Of a stretch of DNA of 64,000 nt, positions 24,866 through 33,782 are shown in pieces. The DNA is from a virus. Numbering within the stretch: position 1 is the first letter of the stretch; every line of letters begins with the position of its first letter. The DNA lies in the IMG/VR virus record IMGVR_UViG_3300025131_000005. One strand, given 5' to 3'. The notes beneath the pieces were generated by a model. That model was not told the DNA's origin. It ran no database searches and saw only the letters and a list, made by a program, of their open reading frames with translations. The translations under genes and the position numbers were made by a program.

Positions 24866-25194
24866 TTAACTTATTGGGCTAGCAGGATTTAGTTTTTTGG
24901 TTAATACTTTGGGTGCTTTGGGAGTATAAAGGAAGCTTAATAATAAAATGAAGTAAGATATACAATTCGACTTAGTATATACCCACCTAACTTGTCAACC
25001 CTTTTCTAACCTTTCCAAGCTACTTATTGTAACCTTTGAGGCGCAATATAATGCAACATGACTTTGATTTTATTGATTAATTGGTATACAGTTTGCTATT
25101 TATGTTAGGTTACTTATATTATATAGGCGCTTTTTAAAACACTAATGATATCAACAAGTTAATTTAACTTTCCCTAGGGCCACATAGAATAATA

Positions 25195-25458
25195 ATGACG
25201 GATAAAGATTCAGATAGCAACGACAATAATATTATCGATTTTGTCGAGGTAAAGATGCGTAAGCTAGCGCAAAGCTTTGCTGACGCTGGTAAATTTGATA
25301 TAGCTGAAAAGCTATGGAAAGCTTTGGATCTTTACTTAGACAATGAGTGCAAACTATGGTTCGATAAGGGTGAACCAGTAATGATCAAATACTCTGAAGA
25401 AGAGTTAGCTAATATTGGCAAAAAAGATGATGATAAAGATGACGTAACCTCGCCATAA
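25195..25458 (+). CDS. Hypothetical protein
   Basis: Acidic ORF, NNIIDF motif. Confidence 0.65.
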   Translation: MTDKDSDSNDNNIIDFVEVKMRKLAQSFADAGKFDIAEKLWKALDLYLDNECKLWFDKGEPVMIKYSEEELANIGKKDDDKDDVTSP

Positions 25459-25593
25459 AACATACATTATTAACGTTACAAAGGAGAGCGATATAATATA
25501 TTATTTTCTTGACAAAATACCTTAGCAATACCACCAGGTTACGCAGGGTTACAAAATAATGCAATTTAATGCGTTTTTTTCTTGACAAGCAAT

Positions 25594-25701
25594 ATGCATA
25601 TATGGTATGCATGGGTACCCCCCCTCCCCCGGTGGGTTGCCGAGAGATAAGTCCTAGTACGCTGGGAGCGCGAGAGGCGGCTAGATACGTTCGCGACCCA
25701 C
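25594..25701. other. GC-rich structured boundary element
   Basis: ATGCATA/TATGCAT inverted repeat, GGGTACCC palindrome, C7-T-C5 run, and stem GTGGGTTGC/GCGACCCAC enclosing CGCT-GGG-AGCG. Confidence 0.6.
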
Positions 25702-25764
25702 ACAGAAAATTACCAGATTTTAACATTTTGGAATTCTACTTATTATAACTCCAGGAGTTTGTTA

Positions 25765-26256
25765 GTGAATATACCTGCATCTCAACTCGAACAGATTATT
25801 AAGGAAGAAATCGATCAACTTTTGTTCGAACAAAACTTCAATCGTAAAACCGGTGAGCCAATGACTGATAAAGGACTTAAGATTTGCGCACAAAACGCAG
25901 GATGCAAAGAAAAGTGGCTTAAGCAAGATGATAAGGGAGCTTGGAGAAAGACTACCGATAGTGAATTGGGTGCTGCAGCAGTTAAAGGTGGAGCAGAAGG
26001 CATTAATGATCTTAAGAAGACTATGGCAGCACGTGCCGAGCAGGAAGAAAAAGAACGACAACAAGATCGGGAAGCCTTCTTAGCTAAAATGAAGAAAGAT
26101 AAGGAAAGAGATCGGTATTTTACCAATTGGACGATGACTAGAATGAAGGAAGATCCAGCTTCTATACCAAAATTAATACAATTACAAAAATTCTATGCTA
26201 GCTTGGAAGGTGAAAAAGCCGATGCATTTGTACAAAAGGCTGGCTGGAAGGGTTAG
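25765..26256 (+). CDS. Protein with QLEQIIKEE leader
   Basis: SD AGGAG, GTG start. Confidence 0.75.
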   Translation: MNIPASQLEQIIKEEIDQLLFEQNFNRKTGEPMTDKGLKICAQNAGCKEKWLKQDDKGAWRKTTDSELGAAAVKGGAEGINDLKKTMAARAEQEEKERQQDREAFLAKMKKDKERDRYFTNWTMTRMKEDPASIPKLIQLQKFYASLEGEKADAFVQKAGWKG

Positions 26257-26275
26257 AATAAAAAGAAGGATTTAA

Positions 26276-26608
26276 ATGAAAATCACAAAAGAGCAACTTG
26301 AGCAAATTATCAGAGAAGAAACCAGTAAGATCTTGAATGAAGCCGATGGTGATCCGCCATATAGTAGGTACGAACAAGATTTAATTAAAAATTTAAATTC
26401 AATTTTGCAAAGTTATTGGCAACCAGGTAATAAAATTGGAGATGAATCTGAATTTGCGCAGCAATTCAAATTGGCTAAAAGTAAATTATCTTCAGAGTTT
26501 CAAGACGCGTATGATCTGCAAGCACAAAAGTATATTAATCATATGAATTGGAAAAGAAAAGAAGAAGAAGAATACGAAGCAGAATTTCCGGATCCGGGAG
26601 GCCTATAA
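26276..26608 (+). CDS. Protein with MKITKEQLEQIIREE leader
   Basis: Shared leader. Confidence 0.75.
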   Translation: MKITKEQLEQIIREETSKILNEADGDPPYSRYEQDLIKNLNSILQSYWQPGNKIGDESEFAQQFKLAKSKLSSEFQDAYDLQAQKYINHMNWKRKEEEEYEAEFPDPGGL

Positions 26609-27171
26609 TGAAAATAACAAAAGAGCAATTAGCACAAATTATCAGAGAAGAAGCCGCTAATATCTTAGATGAAGGTGAGGGAGATTTCAAATATAGCGAT
26701 CTTGCCGGTATGTACGGTCCCGGATCGATGAAACCCCCAAAGCCACGAGCTGCGCAGAGCGCACCAGAGCCAGAAGAAGAGGCTAGCCTAGATATATGGG
26801 CAGTGGTCGAATATCTGCGCGGGCTGGTTGGGGGTAAGCATGCTGGTCGATTCGATCCAGCGGAAATTAAAGTGCTGCTGCGGGCTGCAGAGATATTGCA
26901 CGTCAAAAGTGGAGTCTTTGAGAGATTAGCGCTAGAAGAAGGCAGTATACCCGAAGAGAAATGCAAAGATTTGCAAAAAACCTATAAATCTGCTTATGAG
27001 CAATACCTTAAAGAGAAGGCACCAGCACATCCCAACAACAAAGGTTCGAAGGATAGATGGAACAGCACCCTTAAAAATCTCAAAGACCAAAAAGATCGTT
27101 TGTTGGAGCCAGGGGGAGTTGGTGGATGTGCTTTAGATAAGCTTGTGGTAGATGAGATGGAAACTAGCTAA
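26608..27171 (+). CDS. Protein with MKITKEQLAQIIREE leader
   Basis: TAATG coupling; shared leader. Confidence 0.75.
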   Translation: MKITKEQLAQIIREEAANILDEGEGDFKYSDLAGMYGPGSMKPPKPRAAQSAPEPEEEASLDIWAVVEYLRGLVGGKHAGRFDPAEIKVLLRAAEILHVKSGVFERLALEEGSIPEEKCKDLQKTYKSAYEQYLKEKAPAHPNNKGSKDRWNSTLKNLKDQKDRLLEPGGVGGCALDKLVVDEMETS

Positions 27172-27262
27172 CATCAGGAAAGAAAGGGAAAGTGAGAAGG
27201 CTTAAAAAATCCCCAAAATAATTATTGAGATTTTACGCAACCTATGCTATAGTTAATATGCA

Positions 27263-27520
27263 ATGTATATTGAACCAATGCCATATTTATCCAACGTTGG
27301 GAAGGTCGATGCTTTAAGCAAAGAGTCGAAAACACCATGCCCTGTTGGAGAGGCAGCTGCGACAAGCAGTGATTCAGGTGGCTTAAGCCCGCAACAGCGA
27401 AAGCTAAGCAAAAAACAATTGTTAACACATAAAATAACCAATGAGCAGAATAACTATGCAGAGGAAGTCAATCATTGCAATCTAAGCACTGAAGACTTCC
27501 TTAAATTGCTTTCCTGTTAA
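27263..27520 (+). CDS. Hypothetical protein
   Basis: TTGAGA-17-TATAGT promoter at 27225-53. Confidence 0.55.
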   Translation: MYIEPMPYLSNVGKVDALSKESKTPCPVGEAAATSSDSGGLSPQQRKLSKKQLLTHKITNEQNNYAEEVNHCNLSTEDFLKLLSC

Positions 27521-27533
27521 CTAGTTATTTTTG

Positions 27534-28148
27534 ATGGCTAAGCTTGCATTCAAATTAACAGCTATGTTGATTATGGTAGTAATTATTGGTATTCTACTTG
27601 TATCTTGCAATACGACCCTTGATAACACTAGTGACGAGCAACCAATCATGCCCACGCAGAATGCCCCTATAGTCGATTGGGAGGGCTGCAGCGGTAAGAT
27701 GAACGATCACCCTTGTGACTTTACGCTAATCGACCAAAACGGCATGCCATGGCGACTTTATGAGCAGACTGGAGATATTGTTGTACTGGATATCTCAACC
27801 ATATGGTGTATACCGTGTCAATTTGCCGGTGCTAGGGCTGAAGAGAGTCATGACTTATATAAAGATAAAGGGGTTACGTGGGTTACTGTAATATTGGAAA
27901 ATTACTTTGGTCAAAAACCAACATTAGAAGATATCAAAGAGTGGTCAATGATCTTTGGTATTGAAGATGCTACGGTATTGGCGGGGAATTTAGATTTATT
28001 GGACCCTTATAGCCTTACCGGGTGGTATGTGAATAGTTTACCTTTATTTGTTGTTATTGATCGCAATATGATAACAACGTATCGCTTAGACGGGTTTAAT
28101 GAGAAGCAAATTAAGATCTGGGTTGAAGAACTATTGGCTGCCGATTGA
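27534..28148 (+). CDS. TlpA/thioredoxin-like lipoprotein
   Basis: LVSC lipobox; DFTLIDQNG and IVVLDISTIWCIPCQ (CxxC) motifs. Confidence 0.85.
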   Translation: MAKLAFKLTAMLIMVVIIGILLVSCNTTLDNTSDEQPIMPTQNAPIVDWEGCSGKMNDHPCDFTLIDQNGMPWRLYEQTGDIVVLDISTIWCIPCQFAGARAEESHDLYKDKGVTWVTVILENYFGQKPTLEDIKEWSMIFGIEDATVLAGNLDLLDPYSLTGWYVNSLPLFVVIDRNMITTYRLDGFNEKQIKIWVEELLAAD

Positions 28149-28201
28149 TTTAACATTAGCAATCACATGTGCTATTATGCTTTTATAAAAGGAGGTTAAC
28201 T

Positions 28202-28285
28202 ATGGAATGTCTATTAGCTTGCGTTGCAACCGGTGCTGTGACCTTTGTTGTGTGTTACATGCTTAGCAAAAAGAATGTTATTTAA
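28202..28285 (+). CDS. 27-aa TM microprotein
   Basis: SD AAGGAGG. Confidence 0.5.
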   Translation: MECLLACVATGAVTFVVCYMLSKKNVI

Positions 28286-28308
28286 TTAACATATGCATCG
28301 TTATTTGC

Positions 28309-28337
28309 AAAGCCCTCGTATTCCGGGGGCTTTTTTT
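28309..28337 (+). terminator. Intrinsic terminator
   Basis: AAAGCCC/GGGCTTT stem followed by a T run. Confidence 0.75.
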
Positions 28338-28422
28338 ATGGGTGCGTAATATTTTACGCACCTTGCTAACTAGTTAATTATAGGTGGTTATTCCGCCTGT
28401 GTGTTTTATGGGAGGGTGTAGT

Positions 28423-28533
28423 ATGGCTGAAGTCATTACGCGTAGCCATGAGTGGTTGGATAAGTTAGCTGATTATGCATCATTGGCGTTCACTGCTTTG
28501 TTTATGGCTTTAATTATTATTACCCAATATTGA
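28423..28533 (+). CDS. 36-aa TM microprotein
   Basis: SD GGAGGG. Confidence 0.5.
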   Translation: MAEVITRSHEWLDKLADYASLAFTALFMALIIITQY

Positions 28534-28658
28534 TTAATCATCGTTTAGAATAAAATTTAATATTATTAGCAATATCGACATATATAATATTATTTTAATA
28601 CCAAGAATGGCTATATCTACATGATTCACACAATAAATAGGGAAAATTTTAGGAAAAA

Positions 28659-29438
28659 TTATCGCCGTCGTGGCGGGGCTTTACGATGTCTTTTTTGTTG
28701 TTTTCTGGACTTTTTGCCCTTTTTTTTGTGTTTTTCGGGTGTTTTTGCTTTATTCTGGCTATTATTTCTATGTTTTCTGCGTTGTTGGGTCTTTTTGCGT
28801 TGATTTGAAGCCTTTTTATGCCGCTTTGCGCGCTTTTGTTTTGCATGGGACTTGCGGGGGCTAGTATGACGTTTAACATGCTTCCTATGACGTTTAACAT
28901 GCTTCCTATGACGTTTAACATGCTTCCTATGACGTTTGGCATGCTTCCTATGGTGCGGAGTTGGTTTAACATGCTTGTGGTGTCGACGGTGATGCCGGTG
29001 CGCACGTTTTACTCTTGGCCTGATTACTTTATAGGGAAAATATAAAGGTGCTTCCGTATGATAGTAATAGTACTGGTTATAGCGATTCCTATAATTACCA
29101 ATTTCTAAAGATAAAGAGATATTATTGGGTACTTTTAAAATAGTCATGACACATACACCCAAAGAAGTATCTAAATCCAAACCAAAATGATTATTTTGAT
29201 AGTGTCTATCGTTAAAGCGTAGAATCTCTCTTGCTATAGTATGGGTGTAAACATCTCTTAGGATACAAGCACCTGCATCTAAAGTATAAATCAAATGATC
29301 TGCTGTCTCTTCATATTTCTCACCCTCGAAAGCATATACTTCATGCTCGTCGAATTCATTGGTTACTATTTCATATGTGACGTTGGGGTAACCTATTGCT
29401 GCAGCTATCATGAGCGGCAATATTGTTGAATTAATCAT
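28659..29438 (-). CDS. Protein with signal-like N-terminus and long His/Lys/Arg-rich tail
   Basis: SD GGAGG; KHVKRHR repeats. Confidence 0.75.
   Translation of the reverse strand: MINSTILPLMIAAAIGYPNVTYEIVTNEFDEHEVYAFEGEKYEETADHLIYTLDAGACILRDVYTHTIAREILRFNDRHYQNNHFGLDLDTSLGVCVMTILKVPNNISLSLEIGNYRNRYNQYYYYHTEAPLYFPYKVIRPRVKRAHRHHRRHHKHVKPTPHHRKHAKRHRKHVKRHRKHVKRHRKHVKRHTSPRKSHAKQKRAKRHKKASNQRKKTQQRRKHRNNSQNKAKTPEKHKKKGKKSRKQQKRHRKAPPRRR
28865..28948. repeat. 21-nt tandem repeat, four copies
   Basis: TATGACGTTTAACATGCTTCC three times plus one 2-mismatch copy; encodes RKHVKRH on the minus strand. Confidence 0.95.
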
Positions 29439-29508
29439 ATTAAACCTCCAATTGTGTTAATATTCATTTATAATTATAACACATTTTTCTTTAAAATCAA
29501 GGAAAATT

Positions 29509-29709
29509 TTACGAAATTTTTCGGACGGTGCCGTGTCGCCATTTTTCATATCTTCCGGTATTATAACAATATATTTTATAAACGAGATCTCCCAAATCTT
29601 GATTGTAACCCAAACAAGCTACAATGATACCATGAAGTCGTGGTTTTCTTAAGTATGAAGTATTCTCTACAAGATCGCCTAAATTATATTCGTGAATGCT
29701 AGCGCCCAT
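29509..29709 (-). CDS. KOW/SH3-like mini-protein
   Basis: YNLGDLVEN...GIIV. Confidence 0.65.
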   Translation of the reverse strand: MGASIHEYNLGDLVENTSYLRKPRLHGIIVACLGYNQDLGDLVYKIYCYNTGRYEKWRHGTVRKIS

Positions 29710-29757
29710 AATATAAATATAAAATACTATTTATAAAACGACAGTGGAGAAGTCAAT

Positions 29758-30108
29758 ATGGGTAAAATTAGACTCATTCCTCTAGATAAAGAAGAAAAAG
29801 ATAAGTTTGAGGTGTACGTACCTGGAAGATATCGCGATTATCCTATAGGGCGCATATGGTATGATCTCATGAAGAATAAATGGCTTTTAAAACCATACTT
29901 CCTTCCAATGACCCGCGATGAATTAAAAAAAAATAGACTCTATGAAGATTCAATGGAAGCTGCTCGAATGCTTAAAAAAATGTTCGAACGTGTTGATCAT
30001 GATTTTAGCGATGATCATGACTTCGGAATCGAAGAAAGAGTGGAAGATACAGAACCAATGTTTCAAATACCTCTGTTTAGTTTGGATGATTACAGCGGCT
30101 CTAACTAG
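29758..30108 (+). CDS. Hypothetical protein
   Basis: SD GGAGA. Confidence 0.7.
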   Translation: MGKIRLIPLDKEEKDKFEVYVPGRYRDYPIGRIWYDLMKNKWLLKPYFLPMTRDELKKNRLYEDSMEAARMLKKMFERVDHDFSDDHDFGIEERVEDTEPMFQIPLFSLDDYSGSN

Positions 30109-30305
30109 TCGTCGATGCCATTAATCACCTCCAAAGAGTCTCCTTCTACAATTGGCCCTAAAGCCCATCTAACTGCTATATCGTCATCCAGCCACCTAAC
30201 TTTAAATTTATTTAAACCAAAATTAGCAGCTATTAGCCCATGAGGTATCTCATTGGGATCCGTAAGATTGAATCCTTTTAATTTCACTAAATCGCCAACT
30301 TTCAC
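30105..30305 (-). CDS. KOW/SH3-like mini-protein
   Basis: MKVGDLVKL...LEVING; minus-strand TTGACT-16-TATAAT promoter at 30339-30312. Confidence 0.75.
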   Translation of the reverse strand: MKVGDLVKLKGFNLTDPNEIPHGLIAANFGLNKFKVRWLDDDIAVRWALGPIVEGDSLEVINGIDD

Positions 30306-30447
30306 ATCTTAATTATAGACACATTTTTTAAAAAGTCAAGTATTATATAATCATTCGTACTTTCTCGTTGACTTCTTCAGCACAATAGTTTATAATGATA
30401 AGTAAAGTCAAGGATAGGCAATACTATTTATTTTAAAGGAGTAAAAA

Positions 30448-30945
30448 ATGGATGTAGGATCAGTTAGCGGCGTAGCAGGAGGATCCGGAGTCGGTATGAC
30501 GCCAGAGAGTGCTCCTGTTGGGAACACCTCCGAAACGTCGAATGATACTCTCAATACACCGGTTATTGGTGAAGAGGTCGAAGGTGGCAAAGATGGACGA
30601 GGAGTATGCGCACCCGGAGGTACTGACCCTATGGAAACTAATATGTCATCTGAAGATCTTGTCTCGCTTGGTCAAAATAAAGGTACCTCAAGTACGGATG
30701 ATATTGGTTGGCGCTTTAATATAGGCGGTGGTGAAGAAAGTGGAGAGGGAAAAGATTTAATAGATCAAATTATGAAAATAATGGAAATTTTATTGGCCCT
30801 CCAATTATTAGAAGAGACAATGAAACAACTTAATGAATCCGGTGGGATGGGTGGTGAAAGCGGTGGATCCGCAGCTGCTGGTACGGGCGCGGGGGGCATG
30901 AGTGAAGGCTCCAGCGGTGGAGCAGCTGCAGGAGGAGCTTTGTAA
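30448..30945 (+). CDS. Gly/Ser-rich hypothetical protein
   Basis: SD AAGGAG. Confidence 0.7.
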   Translation: MDVGSVSGVAGGSGVGMTPESAPVGNTSETSNDTLNTPVIGEEVEGGKDGRGVCAPGGTDPMETNMSSEDLVSLGQNKGTSSTDDIGWRFNIGGGEESGEGKDLIDQIMKIMEILLALQLLEETMKQLNESGGMGGESGGSAAAGTGAGGMSEGSSGGAAAGGAL

Positions 30946-30949
30946 GGTA

Positions 30950-31114
30950 TTGACCGAATATATTGAACCTCATCACTATTCGAGAGAAGAAGTAGAAGAG
31001 CTTTTAAAACTAGCATCGTCTGGTAAATTCAATATATTCTATGATAGAAACAAAATTATTATCAATCTGTGTAGAACATTGTTAAAAATAATGGAAGAAA
31101 GAAATGAACAATAA
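30950..31114 (+). CDS. Hypothetical protein
   Basis: TTG start after SD AAGG. Confidence 0.45.
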   Translation: MTEYIEPHHYSREEVEELLKLASSGKFNIFYDRNKIIINLCRTLLKIMEERNEQ

Positions 31115-31355
31115 AAATGATAAAATTAAAGAAGTAATCGGAGCAATGGAAGATGAAATCCAAGAGTTGCTTTTAGAAAATTCTAAATTAGTGCTGAAAG
31201 TGAAATCTCTACGAGATGAAGTTAATTCTTTGTGGGCAATGATGGATGAAATGACCAAATCTGATATAGAAAACTGGTCTCATTTATTAAATGAGATTAA
31301 AGCAGATGTCATAACGAGGGCTCTTATGATATCAAAAACAAAAGGGGAAGCATGA
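31104..31355 (+). CDS. Coiled-coil hypothetical protein
   Basis: Coupled ORF. Confidence 0.65.
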   Translation: MNNKNDKIKEVIGAMEDEIQELLLENSKLVLKVKSLRDEVNSLWAMMDEMTKSDIENWSHLLNEIKADVITRALMISKTKGEA

Positions 31356-31356
31356 A

Positions 31357-31614
31357 TTGAAAAAAATTAAATTCTGTATTTTTTGTGGTATAATATTGGT
31401 GACGATGTTGGCTAGCGCGTCGACTGCTAAAGGAAGCAATATGAGAAGTAAATTTTATGATTTTTCGGAACAACTAATCGATGGAGAAATTAAGAAACCA
31501 ACTACTCTTTATACAGATGTTCGTAAACAAGTGAGATTTGATCGTCTTTTGAAACTTAAAAAAAGTTTTTTGCCAAAGTTGTTCGCAACGGCTAAAGAAA
31601 GAGTGTTTAAGTGA
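31357..31614 (+). CDS. CglF/GltF-like (myxobacterial gliding-motility) secreted protein
   Basis: Signal peptide plus YDFSEQLIDGEIKKPTTLYTDVRKQVRFDRLLKLKKSF, collinear with the CglF pattern DFxxxxIxGxxxKPxxxYxxxRK...LIRIRxxF as recalled from memory. Confidence 0.6.
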   Translation: MKKIKFCIFCGIILVTMLASASTAKGSNMRSKFYDFSEQLIDGEIKKPTTLYTDVRKQVRFDRLLKLKKSFLPKLFATAKERVFK

Positions 31615-32327
31615 AAAATTTAGTTTTTTTAGTTATATTAATTATAAGTTCTTGTATTACTCATCTTAAATCTAGTAGCTTTGAAAACAAAAGAGATGAC
31701 ATATTTCATTCTGAAAACATAGTAAAAGTTGAATTTGTTTTTATGGAAGAATGTTCTGAGGATGCATGCAAAACAAATCGATTTATCAAGACATACGGCT
31801 CAGGTACTATTATAAATAAAGATATTCTTAATACGGTCGGTGTGTTGACGGCAGGCCATTTATGTTATCAATATTCTCTTTCAGTTAAAGAACATGGTAA
31901 GGAAAGGAATATATTAAAAATATATAATAATAAGATGGAATCTTATGAGGCTACAATCAGAGATTACTATCTTGAAAGTGATATATGTTTATTAAAAATT
32001 GAACACTATGATAATGAAATAGAAAAAATATATTTACGTGAGGACGCAATTATCCCAGGTGAAGAAATCTTTAATATTGGTGCGCCGACAGGATTGTTTT
32101 CTTACAATATGGTTAATCGTTTTCGAGGGTTTTATGCAGGAAATATTGCTCTAGGAGATGCAAATAATTTAAAAAATGTTTTTAATTTTCCAGCAGTTGA
32201 GGGAAGTTCCGGGTCTCCAATATTTGACGATGAGGGATTATTGATAGGTATTGTTTCAATGTTCTCAAAAGACTTTAACTATATAATCCTTTCACCAACC
32301 ATACCAGAGCTGAGAAAAAGGCTATAG
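31611..32327 (+). CDS. Trypsin-like serine protease (exported/lipoprotein)
   Basis: Catalytic triad in LTAGHLC, SDICLL and EGSSGSP; ISSC lipobox-like motif. Confidence 0.9.
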   Translation: MKNLVFLVILIISSCITHLKSSSFENKRDDIFHSENIVKVEFVFMEECSEDACKTNRFIKTYGSGTIINKDILNTVGVLTAGHLCYQYSLSVKEHGKERNILKIYNNKMESYEATIRDYYLESDICLLKIEHYDNEIEKIYLREDAIIPGEEIFNIGAPTGLFSYNMVNRFRGFYAGNIALGDANNLKNVFNFPAVEGSSGSPIFDDEGLLIGIVSMFSKDFNYIILSPTIPELRKRL

Positions 32328-32787
32328 ACTGAATTAGCCCTATAGGATCAAACTTATTTTTATCTTTGAGAGCTATAGCATCTTTTGCTGCTTTAAGAAA
32401 ATTTGGAGTGATCGGATATTTTTCTTTTTGTACTTGATCGAGTGTTAATAATTTATATTCCGAATGCTCAAAACTTAATTTTATATTTTTTACCTTGTCG
32501 GATGATAATTTAGAGTAATAATAAGTTATATCATCTTCATGACGAAATATTGTGGGATTTTTAATACTTAAACCTGTTTCTTCTTTGACTTCTCGCTTTA
32601 AAGCAACAATAAGATCTTCACCATGGTGCACGTGTCCCCCTGGTAAATCTAGATTACCTTTAAATCTTTCGATATCGCTTATAAGAAATAATATTTTATC
32701 GCCTACAAATAAAATAATTTTTGCAACGTATCTACTATCTTCACTTTTCTTAAGATATTTGCACCATTTCTTAATATTGTATTTCAT
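32275..32787 (-). CDS. NUDIX hydrolase
   Basis: Nudix box PGGHVHHGEDLIVALKREVKEETGL. Confidence 0.9.
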   Translation of the reverse strand: MKYNIKKWCKYLKKSEDSRYVAKIILFVGDKILFLISDIERFKGNLDLPGGHVHHGEDLIVALKREVKEETGLSIKNPTIFRHEDDITYYYSKLSSDKVKNIKLSFEHSEYKLLTLDQVQKEKYPITPNFLKAAKDAIALKDKNKFDPIGLIQSIAFFSALVWLVKGLYS

Positions 32788-32790
32788 ATT

Positions 32791-33111
32791 TCAAGTATTG
32801 TCAGTTTTTGTTTTTATAACTGATTCTACAGGACTAGGTGGCGCGGCTTCTTCTGGTGCTGGAGCAAAATCAGAAACATCATCTAGAATATTTCCACATT
32901 CTAAACATCTTAGAGTTTGTACCGGTGCCATCTGCTCTTGTCCATTAGGAGACATAAGAGCACTTACCCTTTTCACCTTAAAAACATTTTCAAAATAGAC
33001 GCCTTGACATTTGCCGCAATGAGCATCGGGCGCGGTCATGATTTGTTGCCTCATTTGAGCTGCAGCGGCAGCTTGTGCTACCTGTGCGTTGTTATTTTCC
33101 ATTCCGTTCAT
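32791..33111 (-). CDS. Zinc-ribbon hypothetical protein
   Basis: CGKC...CLEC. Confidence 0.7.
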   Translation of the reverse strand: MNGMENNNAQVAQAAAAAQMRQQIMTAPDAHCGKCQGVYFENVFKVKRVSALMSPNGQEQMAPVQTLRCLECGNILDDVSDFAPAPEEAAPPSPVESVIKTKTDNT

Positions 33112-33694
33112 AATAATCCTTCTCCAATTTAGTTAATGTGCTAATTGTTTTAGCAACTGATGTATGTAATATCGCAATACCTCCACTTTTTTCCCAAGCT
33201 TCGGTATAAATCTCGAAATCATCAATCAAAATACAGGGTTTTCCGTTTTTATCGGTAGCCCATTTTTCTTTTTCCCCGTCCAGTGGTAATAGTATATCAT
33301 ACTTTTCAGGATTTGGAAACAAATATTTTTGAATCCAGTACTTTTTTCCTTCTATGCACTCTTCATCCATTGGATGTGAGAGGATTTTGGGGGTTGAAAT
33401 GAATGCTAAGTGTCTCCAAAGTCTAAAAGTCCCCGGAAGAGGCTTTAAGGAAGCCCAAAATTCGTAATCATTCGATAGCAAGTTCTTTACCCAATCAATT
33501 GCAGCTTGTATGCCTCTGTTTTTGACGGGCTCAGTCCAATCTAGACGCCTTTTGAATACTTTTTTAACATTTTTTAGCATTTTTGGGTCTTTTGCGCATG
33601 GGTATATACCATTTTCAAATAAATCTACCAGTACGCCATCCATATCACAGTAAATTTCATATGGAAAGTCATTTTTTTTGGATTTTGCAATCAT
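33092..33694 (-). CDS. HAD-family 5'(3')-deoxyribonucleotidase-like protein
   Basis: IYCDMDGVL, ILSHP and LIDDF motifs; minus-strand TTGACA-17-TATTAT promoter at 33732-33704. Confidence 0.85.
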   Translation of the reverse strand: MIAKSKKNDFPYEIYCDMDGVLVDLFENGIYPCAKDPKMLKNVKKVFKRRLDWTEPVKNRGIQAAIDWVKNLLSNDYEFWASLKPLPGTFRLWRHLAFISTPKILSHPMDEECIEGKKYWIQKYLFPNPEKYDILLPLDGEKEKWATDKNGKPCILIDDFEIYTEAWEKSGGIAILHTSVAKTISTLTKLEKDYYERNGK

Positions 33695-33782
33695 AATGAG
33701 CAAATAATATCAACATTTGGCTCTTTTGTCAAGAAAAAAGGTGTTTTTTGCTAAAAAAAGGCTATTTTTAGTGTTTTTTAGC

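Noticed and set aside
25409-25726. Minus-strand 105-aa ORF
   Set aside because: No SD, spans the structured intergenic element, and has atypical composition.
28865-28948. 21-nt tandem repeat as CRISPR or iteron
   Set aside because: No spacers; it lies in frame within a CDS. ORFs 28649-29005 and 28818-29045 are shadows of it.
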